Positions 48,362 to 61,788 are shown, counted from the whole stretch's first letter. The stretch is 63,922 nucleotides of DNA, filler included, from Olpidium bornovanus S191 (GCA_017911155.1; 25 parts of 25 records of this genome joined end to end with filler, not necessarily neighbours in it), one strand, 5' to 3'. Numbers and translations: made by a program. Notes: a model not told the origin generated them from the letters alone.

Positions 48362-50403
48362 GGTTACTGGACAGGTTCTACGGGAGTCTTCTAGCTTTTT
48401 TGAATTTTTTTTTTTTTTTTTTTGAAATTTGGCCGTTTTTTTTTGGGGGGGGGGGGAGTTGGCTTTAAGTGTCGTGCACCGTCTTTGCGGGGTAGTTTGC
48501 GAGGCAGCGGGGATGTTTACACTAATGGTCACGTGACCCCACGGGACAATCCCCACAACTTCGCCCCCCGAATTAATGGGCCTACGCAGAAAGGGTGAGG
48601 TCTGAATGTAAACGAGGGATTGGGCAGTGCGCCTATGATATCGATGAGGCCAAGTTCATTGTGGTACTCGATGAACCTGGCCGTTTGGCAATGGCTTGGT
48701 GAGAGTGTCGACGGTGTTCCGCGCGGAAGGCACACGTTTGAGGCAGAGTTCTCAGCTGCGAAGGTGGCGCCGCAGCAAAGGTGACGGCGCGGCGCGGCGC
48801 GGCGCGCGAAGATGGCGGCGCGGCCGAAGGTGACGCGGCGCCGTTTTTGCCGTCAGGTCCGGTTTGAACTCAGAGCCCTTTGGTTTGATTCTGTTTTGTA
48901 TTGCGACGGAAGGGACGCTCGGCACGAGTGCGTCTACCTGAACGGAAACACAAGTCACGTGACACCGGCAATACGGTAATTATCTCAGAAAAACTAGTTG
49001 CAAGCCGAATTGGGCGGATGTCTATTAAGTTATAATCCTCAACTGCTCCTTGAGCTTTGATTGGTTGGAGGGGCAGTGAAAAACAGTGCGATGACTGTCA
49101 AAAGGTTTGTTTATGTTAGCTCATACTAGGAGTGAGCATAATAGTCAAGTTAACACGGGACTAAAAACTCGGTGCTGAAACTGACAACAGCAGCGTAAGG
49201 TGTGAAATTGGCACAGTGGCCAATGAGACCGTCCAAAGCGCAAAAGTGCGTCCAGACATCTTCAAGCTCTTGCTCAAAAATGGTGATGCTGCGCTTTCGG
49301 TCCTCGTCCGAGACTTTTTTTTTGCCTGTCGGGGAGCTCTAGATTTTTTTTTGTCAAGTCTGAGAGGGAAAAGTCTGCGTAAATCCGAGGTGCAATCATT
49401 ACATTGGAAACACGGGCTTTTGCCCTCCTCTGCCCAGGTTTTAAGTGGGTTCAAGCACTAGCATGCACCCAAGGGAAAAAACAACGTCAGATCTCGGCGA
49501 GCCGAAAATCAAGTTTGAAAACCACTGCAATGTCACATGATATAAACAGTAAGCTTAGTGTAGAACATTATGCCGTATATAAAAATCATCATTCGATTGG
49601 ATACCTGAGGGGTGGCGGTAAATAATGTCTAGGACAAACGGAGAAAGAAAGAGAATAAGAGGGAAAAAGAAAGAGACAGACAGAGAGAGAGGGAGGTGTG
49701 CGTGTGCGTGTGAGCGAGAGAGGTGTGCATGTGCGTGTGCGTGCGTGTGCGTGTGTGCGTCTGCGTCTGCGTCTGCGTGGGGGGAGGGGACAGACGGCGG
49801 GGAGAGAGGGGAAGATGGAAGAGGGGAGCGGGCGGGGACGGGAAGGGAGGCATTTTCGCAAGCACGCGGCATTTTTTTTTTTTTTTTTTTTTGCGCGACC
49901 GCCACCACCCCGGAAATCCCGCAACGAACGTGACGTTCAAACGGAAACGAACAGGTGCGTGGGGAAAGGGCCCCGAGGAGAAGGGGGGGAGGAAGGGGGG
50001 GAGGAAGGGGGGGAAGCAGCGCGGCCAGAGGGCGAGGGAGGGCGGAGGTGGAGGCGGAGGGGGAGGGGAGGGGAGGGGAAAGGTCACGTCGCGAACGTAG
50101 AAAACGAGAGGGTCCCCGCCGTGGTGTAGCCGCTTGCCTCTTCGTCTCGCGCCCGCCGCATTCTGCGACGCGCAGGATTTCGCCCGTACGTCCCCCGCCA
50201 CCGCCAACCTCGGCGCGGGTGGGTCCGCTGCTGAGGCATCGGGCAACGGAGCGGCCGGCTCGAAAGGATGCAAAGAGCGACTTGGTGTTGAAGAGGGCTT
50301 CCTCGAGTGACGCGCATTCGCTTCTCCGTCGTCCCTGTCATGCCTGTCTCTTTCCTGCCAACGATCTCGGCCGCTTTAAAGAAGAGAGTGCAAGACAACA
50401 GCG

Positions 50404-51479
50404 ATGCTTCGCCACGCTGTGTGCCCACGCGCCGTTCGCTTGCCGACGTTGGCGCACAGGCGCAATTTCTCCTTGCGCGAGTGGGCTCAAAAGCACGACG
50501 CCCCGTTTGCAGGGCCCGTCTGGAAAGTTGCCCCGCCCGACCTGAGACTGCCCTGGGACCAGCCGGTCAAGATCGACCTGCCCTTGATTGAGCAGCGTTG
50601 GTATGAATTGCCGGAGGCTCACAGAGCCGCCATAATCAGATTCCTTTGGGAAAAGCAGAGGGGCGACTGGAACAAGATGACGATGGACGAGAAGAAGGCC
50701 TGTGAGTAGCGCCGTACTGTTGCGGGCCATCGAAACCGAGGAGGAGCAATTGTTGGTTTTGTTTTAGCGCTTTTTCCGCGACAGGAATTACTCCGAAGCG
50801 TGATTGTTGGTGGCTATGCGCTTGACTGCGCAGAGAGCCATTCATATTTGCTGTCGTGCGGAAATAACTAAACGAATTTGTCCTGGTCCTCGTCGGTTAT
50901 TCGTAGCCTGGTGGGTAGAATTTGGAGAGCACGGCGCGCGCAAGCCGAAACCACCGGGTCACGGCTGGAGAATTTTCGGGGGGACCACGTGCCTCGTCCT
51001 TATTGGAATCGGTGCTTTCGCAACTATTAGACAATTCGGTAAGGGGCCGCTTCCGTTTTTCGGGACAATTTTCGTAAACTGCAGGAAGGATTGTGGAAAC
51101 TATCGGTATGGTTGTTGCCAATTACCAGTCTTTACCACTAACGCTTGTTCTGCCGTTCAAACCAAAATAATACATTAGCTGAACCTTACCATCCTGGTCT
51201 CACTCGCGAGTGGCAGGAGGCCACTAACGAGCAGCTGCGCCGCCACTTCTCTGACCCCATCACCGGTGTCGCCTCGGAGGTACGCAAAACGAATTGCATT
51301 TTCCGCCCCTCTGTTAGCTTGCATGTATCTGCATTATTGGCCGCGTCGGGACGTCGTTACAAGGTTTGCCAGTCAACCAAACTTTTCGATATGATGCTGA
51401 TTTTGTTCGTTTGTTGGGCGTACAGGGCTACAAGGGCAAGGGAGCCGTGTTTGTGTCAAGGTCCGAAAAAGACTTATGA
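50404..51479 (+). CDS. COX5: Cytochrome c oxidase subunit IV (yeast Cox5 / mammalian COX4 family)
   Basis: Mitochondrial presequence-like start, LPLIEQRWYELP, EKQRGDWNKMTMDEKKA, FGEHGAR, transmembrane segment, LTREWQEATNE, DPITG, GYKGKG; three introns. Confidence 0.9.
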
Positions 51480-52151
51480 GGCACGTCCATCCATCATCGC
51501 CTTCTTCAACGGTTTGTTTCCTTTTTTCCCACCCTGCCAGACGTCTGCCCGCCTGCTCACTTGCTACTGCTTCATAAGCCTCCTCTGTAATACCGGTCCT
51601 TACGGGTTTCGTTCCTTTGGGCTTTTGGTTCGCGTTCTCCCTTCCCATGAATACGAACCAGTTCCCCGAGATATAGTCATGTATGCCCGAGGTCCGTGTT
51701 CATAACAGTCTGCCCAGAGGATAGTAGAATTTGTTCGGGAGTTCCGGTTTTCTGATGCGGCGCTCTAAACCAGTGTAGCAGTACTTGGTCTGTTTTAACG
51801 AAAGTTTCCTGTTCATGGGGTGTTGATGAATATCCCGCGAAGGCTTATATCAGATTTGAACCGATGCCTATTCTGTCATATATTGCTGTACAGTATCGAT
51901 GATTTAATTGGTCATTGGTATTGCACCAATACTAGCTAACTCCGAAGATAGCCAGTTTAATGCTAGTAAATCTGGGTATTATTGTAAGGCAATTGGATTA
52001 TTCATAAAAGGGTTATTCTAACTTACCCACCCCATGAGTACGATTATTACCGTACACACCCCCATAACCCTAACCGTAACACCTGATACTCCCCCCACCA
52101 GAGCCTCGATAGCCAGTATCAGACCAAATCACGAAAAAAACCCATATTCAA

Positions 52152-53339
52152 ATGAAGATACCACGCATTTCTTCGGTTGGAAGAGAAGCAGAAAACGACG
52201 CCAGAGACTACCTGAACGTTGCGGAGGACAGCCACCAATTTTCGCCTCTGTTTCAGGTTGTTGGGTCTGTTTTCCCAGGCATTCCTGGTGCCGTCCCCAT
52301 CGACCTTTCCGACCCCTTCATTGGAAAACATTATCCAACAGTAAACGCTGCCGAACATAGCTTTCGTGGCTACGCTTTCAGGAAGGGCTTCTCGATTCGA
52401 AGAAACAGGAGCTGGGCCAACGGTCAAGAGGCTACCTTGATGAAGCGAGTTTGGGTCTGTTCTTGCGCAGGCCATCTCAAGGGAAAACAACCTATTGAAG
52501 GCGTCCAGCAACGTGACAGAAGGAACTCGCGGGCTGACTGTAAGGTGGTCCTACGAGCATCAAAACGACCCCACAAGTTATTCCCGGACGTCATAGAACG
52601 GGAGGTCATTGCGTTCAAAACGGAGCACAGTCATCCGCTCGTTCCAGGCGATGGAGCACGGAGCCTTGCGGCATATCGGAACATATCAGAATATTGCCGT
52701 GAACAGCTTATTAAGTACAAGGCAACAGGCTTGAATGTCGCTGCTTCTGTACGCCTTCTCGAACTGGATACCGGGGCCCGTGCCAGAGAATTTCCGTTCA
52801 CCGAAAAAGACGTTCGCAACTATCTTGCCTGTTTCTTTTCCGGTGAAGAAGAAATGGATGCAAGCAAAATGGTCGACGTCCCTGAGAAAGCCCAAATGGA
52901 CGACGAGGATTTCATTTACCGATACAAGATGGATGAGGAAGGACGCTTGGAGCATCTGTTTTGGATGCCAGGAGAAAGTGTGCGGCTTTATCGAAAATTT
53001 GGCGACGTTGTTTGCTTCGACACGACATGCAAACTGAACACGTACGATATGTTGTTCGGGATTATGGTTGGTGTCAACAACCATGGTCAGTCCGTCATAT
53101 TTGGCTGTTGTCTTCTCCGCAATGAAAAGACAGCTACGTTCACATGGGTATTCGAGGTAACGTTCCGATATGATTCAATGCGCATATGGCTGCTCTGTGC
53201 TAACGAACGCGCCTGTATGTGCATACAGACATGGCTAGAGATCGTTAGGAAACCGCCAGTTGCAATTCTGACAGACCAAGACGGCTGTATCGTGGATGTG
53301 ATCGCAAAAATCTTCCCGAGCACGAAGCATGCCTTCAGC
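52152..53339 (+). mobile_element. FAR1-type Mutator (MULE) transposase, 3' truncated
   Basis: WRKY-like FAR1 domain (YAFRKGFSIRR, WVCSCAG, DCKVVL, EHSHPL), LFW, VVCFDTT (D1), VGVNNHGQSVIFGCCLLRNE, ILTDQD (D2); 72-bp GT-AG intron 53157-53228; third catalytic residue absent. Confidence 0.9.
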
Positions 53340-54769
53340 TGTAGTGGACACTCTATTATTCCCTCATTCCTCCGCTCAACGCACCGCCTTCCATCGATGT
53401 ACCGTTCGACCTTGATGCTCTCTGTTCGATTTCAATGACTCTCGCTCGACCTCGAAGCCCTTCGCTCGATCCCGATGCTCTTCGCCCGACTTCGATATCC
53501 ACCGCTTGAGCTCGATGTACCGCCCGCTTCTCCTTATTGTTTGGGCCCCCAATCGAGGGGGGCCTGTTTTACGTAAAACCCTTGGTGTCCCCTCTTCTAA
53601 TAAACACAAAAAACCTTCGCCGGGACACATCACCCACAACAAAGTGGGGAATCCGAGGACGAGCTCTCCCCTCTCCTCTCCGCGTCGTTTTAAGCTCTAC
53701 CGTCGCTCCCCAACGTCATTCCATCCTCCGTTCCATCGCGTACATTCCGTCGATTGGCCTCCCTCCTTGGCCTTCGCCCCGCGCATGCCCTCGCCTCGCC
53801 GCCGCCGCCGCTGCGGCTCCGGGACACCCGCACCCGACCCCGGCACGTCCGGCGCCGAACCGCCGTCGACCGCCCTTCCCTTGGCAGCCCTTTCGATTGC
53901 GCCGTCGATGGCAACCCTGTCGACCGCTCCCGCCACGACCGCTCTCGCCCCGGCCGTTTCCTCCAGTTAGGTAGACGTGCTTGCTGCCGCCGCTGCGATA
54001 CCGCTTCTTGCAGACGAGCCGATGCTCGACCTCCCACTGCGCACCGTGCCTGTTTTTGGCTGGGCTGAGGTCCCGCTCCCCCCTACCATCTTTTCCGTCG
54101 CCGACGTTGACCTGACCGCTTTGTCGACGCTCAAACGCCAACACGCCTTTATGTGGCATGAGAGCGCGACGACAACGGTTGGCATTGACGGCGCCACCGT
54201 TATCTTTCGCGACTTCGCTCCCGCGATTGACGCTGTCGTTGCTGACCACTCTGTTTTGCTTGCCGACCTCACCATCGCCTTGAGGGAACTCGAGCCCGCA
54301 GTCATGGAGGCCGCAACGGTCTACCGCCGCAAACACGGCACTCTCGGGCGTCTCCGACAAACGCTCACGTCGGCCAACCCGCGTTTGCGTCGAGCCTACC
54401 GCTCCGGCCGCCGCCATCGACCGTCCCGCTCAGGGCCTGGAGGCCAGCGTCCACGCCCCGCCTGTGGTCGCATGCCGTCGTCGTGCCCACTCTCCGTCGG
54501 CGACGTCATCGTCCGGTTCGTCGAGGCATTCGTCGAGGTCAGGAGGACGCTCCTCCTCGGCGTCGTCTTCGTCGTCCGCCCGATCGACGTCGACTCGATC
54601 GCCCACCGCGTCACCGTCCCCTGACCGCCATCGACCCCCTAGGCGTCGACGGGGACGTGCTTCTCGCCGTCGCTCCGCCACCCCGACCGACGCCATACCG
54701 CACGGGCGTCGTGTCAGGGTGCTGCAATGGAATAACGCTCTCGATTGCGGCGGAGGCTGGCTGAGCTGG
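53340..54769 (+). mobile_element. Putative LTR retrotransposon 5' end (LTR 53340-53641 plus internal region)
   Basis: Begins TGTAGTGG exactly where MULE homology stops; AATAAA near 53599; ends CCACAACA (7/8 inverted match); followed by AAGTGGGG (PBS-like TGG) and an unrecognised ORF 53977-54624. Confidence 0.6.
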
Positions 54770-54869
54770 NNNNNNNNNNNNNNNNNNNNNNNNNNNNNNN
54801 NNNNNNNNNNNNNTTAATTAATTAANNNNNNNNNNNNNNNNNNNNNNNNNNNNNNNNNNNNNNNNNNNN

Positions 54870-56615
54870 CACATGACAGGCGCTCCCAAGACTTCCAGTT
54901 ACGACATTTCTGCCTCTATATCGGGGCAGCTGCAGGGATCTGCGCGACGTCCGAGCATTAACAAATTTTCGGAGGCAGGCACAAACGACAACAGTCTCTG
55001 GGAAATCACTGCAGAGGATAAGGCGAAATTTGACCGCTTTTTCGACGTCATCGACCAGGAGAAGCGAGGCTTCATCACAGGTGTATAGTTTACATCATTT
55101 TTTCCTCCCTCGCAAAAGCGAACCGCGTCCGTGCGCCTTACAGAGGGCGGCCGTTATTTAGGCGACGAGGCTGTGCGGTTCTTCACGAATTCCAAATTGC
55201 CGCAACCCGTCCTTGGACAGATCTGGTAAGCCGGCGTGACGTCGTTCTTCAGCGTCCCCTTTTGTTTCCCACCGCGAAGGTGGATCATCTAAGTGTGGTG
55301 CGTTCCACTGATTTCCCCGGTCCGGCAGGGAGATGACTGACCGCGACAAATCCGGTCGTCTGTACAGAGCGGAGTTCGCGGTCGCAATGCACCTCATTCA
55401 GAAAGCCATTGTCGGCATCCCGGTCCCTGGAGCGTTACCCACCGCCCTGGCTGAGCACATGGCGAAAGCCGAGGGTCAGCTGTCAGGTATTGGGTGGATG
55501 CGTCACAATGGCTTACTTTTTGCGACGCAAGGAATACAGTTTGTAACATTCACCTTTATTGTAAACGCCTTCCCTGACTTTAATTGATATCCCAAGCGCT
55601 TGCCGCCGCACAACACACGATCGATAAGGGTAAGCATAGCACACAGACTCTACTGGACGACGCCCTTGCTTTGCCCACCTCACCTACTGTTTTCCTCGAG
55701 CATTTCAAGGGAGTATGAAATTTTCTTCGGTTGCACGGCCAACGATACCTGCTCAAAGCCCTCCACTAGCCTCAGGAAGTTCGCTGTTTGAAAGTCCGTC
55801 GTCCGAAAAGACTGCCACCCCTTCAGTTGGTGAGCTGTTTGCTCCAGTCGCAGCTGCCGTTAAGTTAACTTCGGTTGTTAACGCGGCTGTGACCCGGCTC
55901 ATCCGTTCTGTTTCCAGGCGGCACCGAATACAGCGATCTGAACCGTGATATGGAAGGGCTGCGGAGAGATATCACCAGTTTCACAACGCGGTCGTCCGAT
56001 CTGTATGCGAAGAGGTCGGGGGCAGAGGCGAATCTGGCTAATCTGCAGGCGCAGAAAAAAGATTTAGAAAACCGCCTCGTGCAGGCGACGGCGCTGCACG
56101 ATCAAGAAAAGCGGCAGCTTTCCGAAACGCAGGCGGCGTTGCAGGCACAGCAGGCCGCGAACGCGGAACTGCTTGCTGAAGTGGATAGGGCTGAGCGACG
56201 GGCGGCCGAGCTTCGGATTGAAAGCGAAGGGGCGCGAGATGCAGCGGCTGCCGCCCGGTCCGAGGCGGAGCAGACGCGGCGAAAGCTCGCCGAGCTCGAG
56301 GCCGATAGCGCCTCTCTTCGGGCTGGGATCGAGCAGTTTCGGCAGCAGGAGCAGCAGGCGCGCAAAGCGGGCCCGTCTCCGCGCGCGATTGCGGCCGCGG
56401 AAAAAGCGAGGGACGACCTGAGGGGCGCGTTTTCTTCTCTGTCGAAGCAACAGCAGCAGCAGCAGCAACCACCACCGCTTCAATCGGTTACCAACATGCC
56501 GCAGTCGTCGAGCGTCCCGACATCAGCGAATTCGGCGGTGTCAGCGTCGGTAATTTCTTCCAAGAGCGTCGCTCAAGTGGAGTCGTCCTTCGGAACTCGA
56601 GCGGCATTCCTTGCA
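54870..56615 (+). CDS. EDE1: EH-domain endocytic scaffold Ede1/Eps15, internal fragment
   Basis: EH domain WEITAEDKAKFDRFFDVID...G / DEAVRFFTNSKLPQPVLGQIW / DRDKSGRLYRAEFAVAMHLI followed by a long coiled coil. Confidence 0.85.
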
Positions 56616-57477
56616 NNNNNNNNNNNNNNNNNNNNNNNNNNNNNNNNNNNNNNNNNNNNTTAATTAATTAANNNNNNNNNNNNNNNNNNNNNNNNNNNNN
56701 NNNNNNNNNNNNNNNCCGGCGAGCGCGCCCGAATCTAGTTTTTTGGCTTGGCCGGACACGCCACGGCAATGTGCCCAAGTTGCTTGCAGTAGAAAGACGC
56801 GCCCTTTTTGCGCAGTTCTTCCTGCTCTTTTTTCTTTTTTCTCTTTGTGATCTCGGAAGAGGCGCAAAGCGGGGAAAGTGAAAAAAAAGAATGAAAAAAA
56901 AAGCGGGGAAAGTGAAAAAAAGAAAGCAAAAAAGAATAAATCTTAACAGAAATGCTGGAGAAGAGGGGGGGGGGATTCTAGATTTTGCGGGAAGAGGGGG
57001 GGGGGCATTGATTAGTCTTGAGAAGATGCGAATTTTCGTTTTCCCGAAAAGAAAGAAAGAAAAAGAAAAAAAATCGCGAAAAAGAATGAAAGAACTGCAA
57101 CGGGGAGGGTAATCTCCCCCCCCCCCTTCCTTCCACACCCACGCCCCCCATCCTCGTATCTTGGCGATAAGAATAGATTAAGGTAAACAAAAAAAATGTA
57201 GTACTGTATCTCTAGGATCTCCCGCCGGGTGTTCTGAAAGCGACCGCCCCGGAACCTCGGCGTGTTACCGGCTTCTGCGTCGGTGACCTGGAGAACGAGT
57301 GAAACCGGGGTGTGTGTGTGTGTGTGTGTGTGTGTGTAAGCGCGGCAAATCGAGCGGACGCTTCGTTTCCCCCGCGAGTCAAAACAAGGTCGCGCCCCGG
57401 CGAGGAACACGCCCTCCCGCACTCGTTTCTCACCCGGCCCTTTCCCCCCCCCCCTCCCCCCGGGGTGGGAGTAAGGT

Positions 57478-57993
57478 CTAAGCGTATGGGGGGCACGCGG
57501 GCGACGAAAAGATGGAAATTTCCCCGTCGTGCGCTTCCGGCGCGTAGGGCGGCGACGGGCCCTTAGCTACGTCGGCGATGACGAGCGGGATGACGAGCTT
57601 CAGGCACTTGGTGTGGTGGAGAACGGGCTTCAGGTTCACCACGAGCTCGTACGACGTCTCGACGAGCGAGTCCGCGAGCGTCGGCGGCACCTTGCGCGGC
57701 ACGGGGATCGACACGGAGCAGTCGAGCGTCGGCGTGGCGATCTCGCCCGGGATGGCGACGCGGCACAGCTGCTTCGGGACGGACGTGACCGCCGAGGCGG
57801 GGCTGCGCGGCGGCGGCGGCGGCGGCGCCGCCAGCAGGGCGTACCACGGGCCGGGGTAGCCCGGGAGTTCCGCGCCGCCGCCGTCGTCCGCGTCGCCGCT
57901 CCTCTCCGGGAGACACGTCGACGGCGGCCGCGAGGAAGGCCGGGGTGAGGCGAACGGCGGCGACGCGGTGCCCGAAAAGGTGTGGCGGTTGCT

Positions 57994-58030
<37 letters not shown>

Positions 58031-59394
58031 TCGCGCTTCGTCGGCGACCCGTCGAGGCAGTTGACCGTCTGCCACAGCTTGGCCACGACGCGGTACGGCG
58101 AATCGCTGCAGTTCTTGACGCTGATGGTGAGCCGTATGTCCTCGTCGGGCGCGAAGGCGGTGCGCTCCACGGACGCTCTCGCCTCGAGGTAACCGGTCTT
58201 CCACGCGAAGTGGCCGACGGTCCGCCGCCCCGCCACGTCGACCCTGCGGCTGTACCGCGGGTCGCTGGCGTCCAACGATCCGCGGAAGCGGACGCTCTCC
58301 CGGCACTCCAGCAGGGCGGTTCCGACCTGGGTGGCGAGGCGGACCTGAGCGCGGACCTGATACCGGCAGTTGACGGCAGAGTGCTCGAAAGACCTCGGCA
58401 GCGCCGGGTCGTCGGGGAACTCCAGGAGGAAACGGAAGCAGTGCAGCCCGGCCGGGAAGACGACGTCGGTAGAAACGGGAAACGCATTCTCCCGGCCTTG
58501 GTGCGTCTGCCTCGCCGTCGCGGCTCCAGGCGCCGGAGGCGACGGATCGTCCGACGAGCCGCCGGGAGGCGACGCGCACCGAAAGTAATCGGAGGACCTC
58601 GTGGAGCTCGCGAACAGGGCCTCCGTCAGCTGGTGGTCGCACGTGTGGTCGGGCGAGAAATAGTCCAGGTTGACCGGGGGCTCGAGCGCCGCCCTCCCCA
58701 GGCATGCGCCAAACTTGTCGCCCGCCCGGACGCCGGCGTCTTGGAGCCGGCACGTCGGATCCGCGCGGTCGCAGCGGGCGCCGCCGCCGCTCTGGACGGG
58801 CCCCGCGCAGCGCACTTTTCGCCAGGCCTTCGGCGCCACCCGCCCGTACAGTCCGGCCGGCCCGGGGACCTGTCCTTCGTCGCGGCAACGGCCGGCGGCG
58901 GCGGCGGCGGCGGCGCCGTCGAAGCCGAACAGGTGCCGCCGCTGGTGCAGCACCTGCTTCTTCGGCGGCGCGGTGACCGCGGAGTCCCTCGCTTCCGTGG
59001 CAAGCGTGCCGGCCAGGGAGACGCGGATATGGCGGACGGGCGTCGGGCTGGGCAGAGAGACGAGGAGCGTACCCGCGACGGGGTCGCCGGGGCCGTAGGC
59101 GTCCCAATCCAAGGCGTCCAGGGCGCGGCTGCTGCGCTCGTTCAGGACGATCCGGACGGACGGCTCGCCGCGGTCCGAAGCGCGGGACGGAGGGCGAGGG
59201 GGGGGGTCACCCGCGGCTCCACTGTGCGGCTGCCCGACGAGGCCCCCCGATGAAATCTGAGCGGTTCGCGGCTGCTGCCTCTGGTCTTCCGGACCGGCGG
59301 CGGCGGCGGCGACAGGCGAAATCCGCGGGCCGGCGCCGCCGCGGCCGGCGGAGCAGCGCGGAGGACCGGGGTCGAGACGGACGGCCGCCAGCAT
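57478..59394 (-). CDS. Alpha-arrestin (ART/ARRDC-like)
   Basis: Arrestin-N (YGPGDPVAGTLLV, HIRVSLAG, FPAGLHCFRFLLEFP..LPRSFE...RYQVRA), arrestin-C (ERTAFAPDEDIRLTISVKN, VPPTL...SYELVV) and C-terminal SPPY/CPPY motifs. Confidence 0.85.
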
Positions 59395-59698
59395 CGCTCC
59401 GCACCAGTCTGCGTCCGGGGGACGCGCGGGGACCGCCAGAAGATTGAGGTCGCGCGGAGGAGGCGAAACGCGCGACTGAAGAGGTGGGAGGGAAGGCAGC
59501 CGGAAGAAAGTTCTGCCGGCCTGGGGCGGGGAGAGGCGGAGAGCGGGAACTGCTGCGGTTAACGTCGCGAGGGAACGTCCATTATTTGTCGTTGTTGCAA
59601 GACGGCGTTTGCCCGGTCCGCCTTCTTTTTTTTTTTTTTTTAGACGGCGGCGGAAGCTGGAGGAGGAGGAGAGAGACGGGGGGGGGGGCGATGACGGG

Positions 59699-59785
<87 letters not shown>

Positions 59786-59990
59786 CCCCCCCCTCCCCCC
59801 CCCCCCCCCCCTTCCCCGCGCAGGGATTGGGTTCTCCTGACGGGGTTCTTCTCTCCTTCCGGCCCCTATTGTCAACAAACAGGGGGCGAGNNNNNNNNNN
59901 NNNNNNNNNNNNNNNNNNNNNNNNNNNNNNNNNNTTAATTAATTAANNNNNNNNNNNNNNNNNNNNNNNNNNNNNNNNNNNNNNNNNNNN

Positions 59991-61446
59991 CATGCTGCGA
60001 CCAACCACGAAAAGGCCGTTCAGGCTGCCGATTTTGATGTACTCGTCGGCTTCCTCCAGCGTGAAGGCGCCGCAGTAGCGCAGGAGGTCCACGAACGAGA
60101 CGGCGATGGTTCCGTCCACGTTGAGGATCACTGCGGAGGCGACGTTGATACGTACGGGGAGGGGGAGAGAAAGTCAACCGCCAAGCATTTTCTTTTTCAA
60201 AAGCGGCGAAAAAGGGGAAAAAAAACGACGGGTTTGCGAAAAGCGAGAACAAAAAAGCCTACGGTTATCTTTCTTGGAAGTCGTGATGGTCTCCACGGCC
60301 TCCGCGTAGTCGAGCAGCGGGCAGGCCGGGAAGTGCTGCCTCACGTAGTCCTTCACGATGGACACGCGAAGGTCCGGGTTGGTCCTCGACTTGATCTTGT
60401 GGCCGATGCCGAGGATGAGCTTGTTCTTCTTGCGCATGTCGTCGACGAACTGGCGCGGCGTGCGCCCGCTGTCGTACGCCTGGGAGAATTGGGACGCCGC
60501 GCCGTCGAGCGCGCCGCCGAACCGTTCGCCGATGGTGAGCAGCCCGGCGCACAGGCTCGACACCAGGTCCTTGCCAGCGCGGGAAGTGATAATCGTGTTC
60601 ATCGCGCCGGACACGGCGGGCCCGTGGTCCGCCGTCAGCATGAGCACCATCTCGATGAACCGGCAAGCGTAGTCGGGCAGCCGCCGTTTAAACCACAGGA
60701 GGCTTAGCACGCCGCCGATGCCGATATCCTCCTTGAAAACATCAGAGATGCGCATTCCTGCGTACAGAAGCTCCTGTCCGCGGTCATCGCAGATCGTGCT
60801 CACGAACGACGCCGGTTTCCGGACCAGCCCGAGCTCCTGCGCCCACGCGTAGTCGATGGGAATCTTGGGCACTTCCGGTTCCGGCTGCAGAACGACGTCG
60901 GCTGCGGACACCAGACGGTTGAAGACCTGCTGCAGGACCTCGGGCAGCTCCTCAAACGTGGCGGGGACGACCACGCCAGCCGCCTTCAACGCCGCGTTCT
61001 TCGCGTCCGCGGTCTCCAGGTTGCTCTGCGCCATAGATCCCGCGTGCCCAAATTGAACGGCCGTCGTGAACATGCTTGCACACGTCCCGATGCACCACGC
61101 CACGACCGGCTTCGTGATGCGGCCCTCGCGAACCGCCGCGGCGACCGCATACTCCTCGACTCCCCCGACCTCTCCGAGCAGGACGAGCATCCGGACGTTG
61201 GGATCCTGCTCAAATCGAAGAAGGTGGTCGATAAAAGTGGATCCCGGGTAGCGGTCGCCGCCGATTGCAACGCCTTCGTAGACTCCGTTGGTGGTTCTGC
61301 AGATGATGTTGTTCAGCTCGTTGGACATGCCGCCAGATTTGGACACGTATGCCACGGAACCGGGGCGGTAGAGCTTGCTGGAGACGATGTTATCCATCAT
61401 ACCACCGGTGTTGCCGACCTTGAAGCAACCGGGCTTGATCCCTCCG
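59991..61446 (-). CDS. ACL1: ATP-citrate lyase subunit 1, internal fragment
   Basis: [43 protein letters not shown] (phospho-His), [36 protein letters not shown]. Confidence 0.97.
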
Positions 61447-61788
61447 NNNNNNNNNNNNNNNNNNNNNNNNNNNNNNNNNNNNNNNNNNNNTTAATTAATT
61501 AANNNNNNNNNNNNNNNNNNNNNNNNNNNNNNNNNNNNNNNNNNNNCATGTCGACGATTCGTACCGATGTCCCCAGTGGCAACGCCCAACGGGCCGTGCA
61601 CTACACACACCATTCTCAGTCTTGGTCTAGGTCTGGATTCTGGAGGCCACGTGACGTCACGACTGACACACCGGTGTGCCTAGTGGTCTCGGCGATTCTT
61701 GGGTCACGTGGCTGGGGTGCGATAAGCTGCTCCCGAGAGGGGTCTGGCGCAGCTCAAGAGGGGTTTGACGCTGCCAGTAGCGGGCGCT

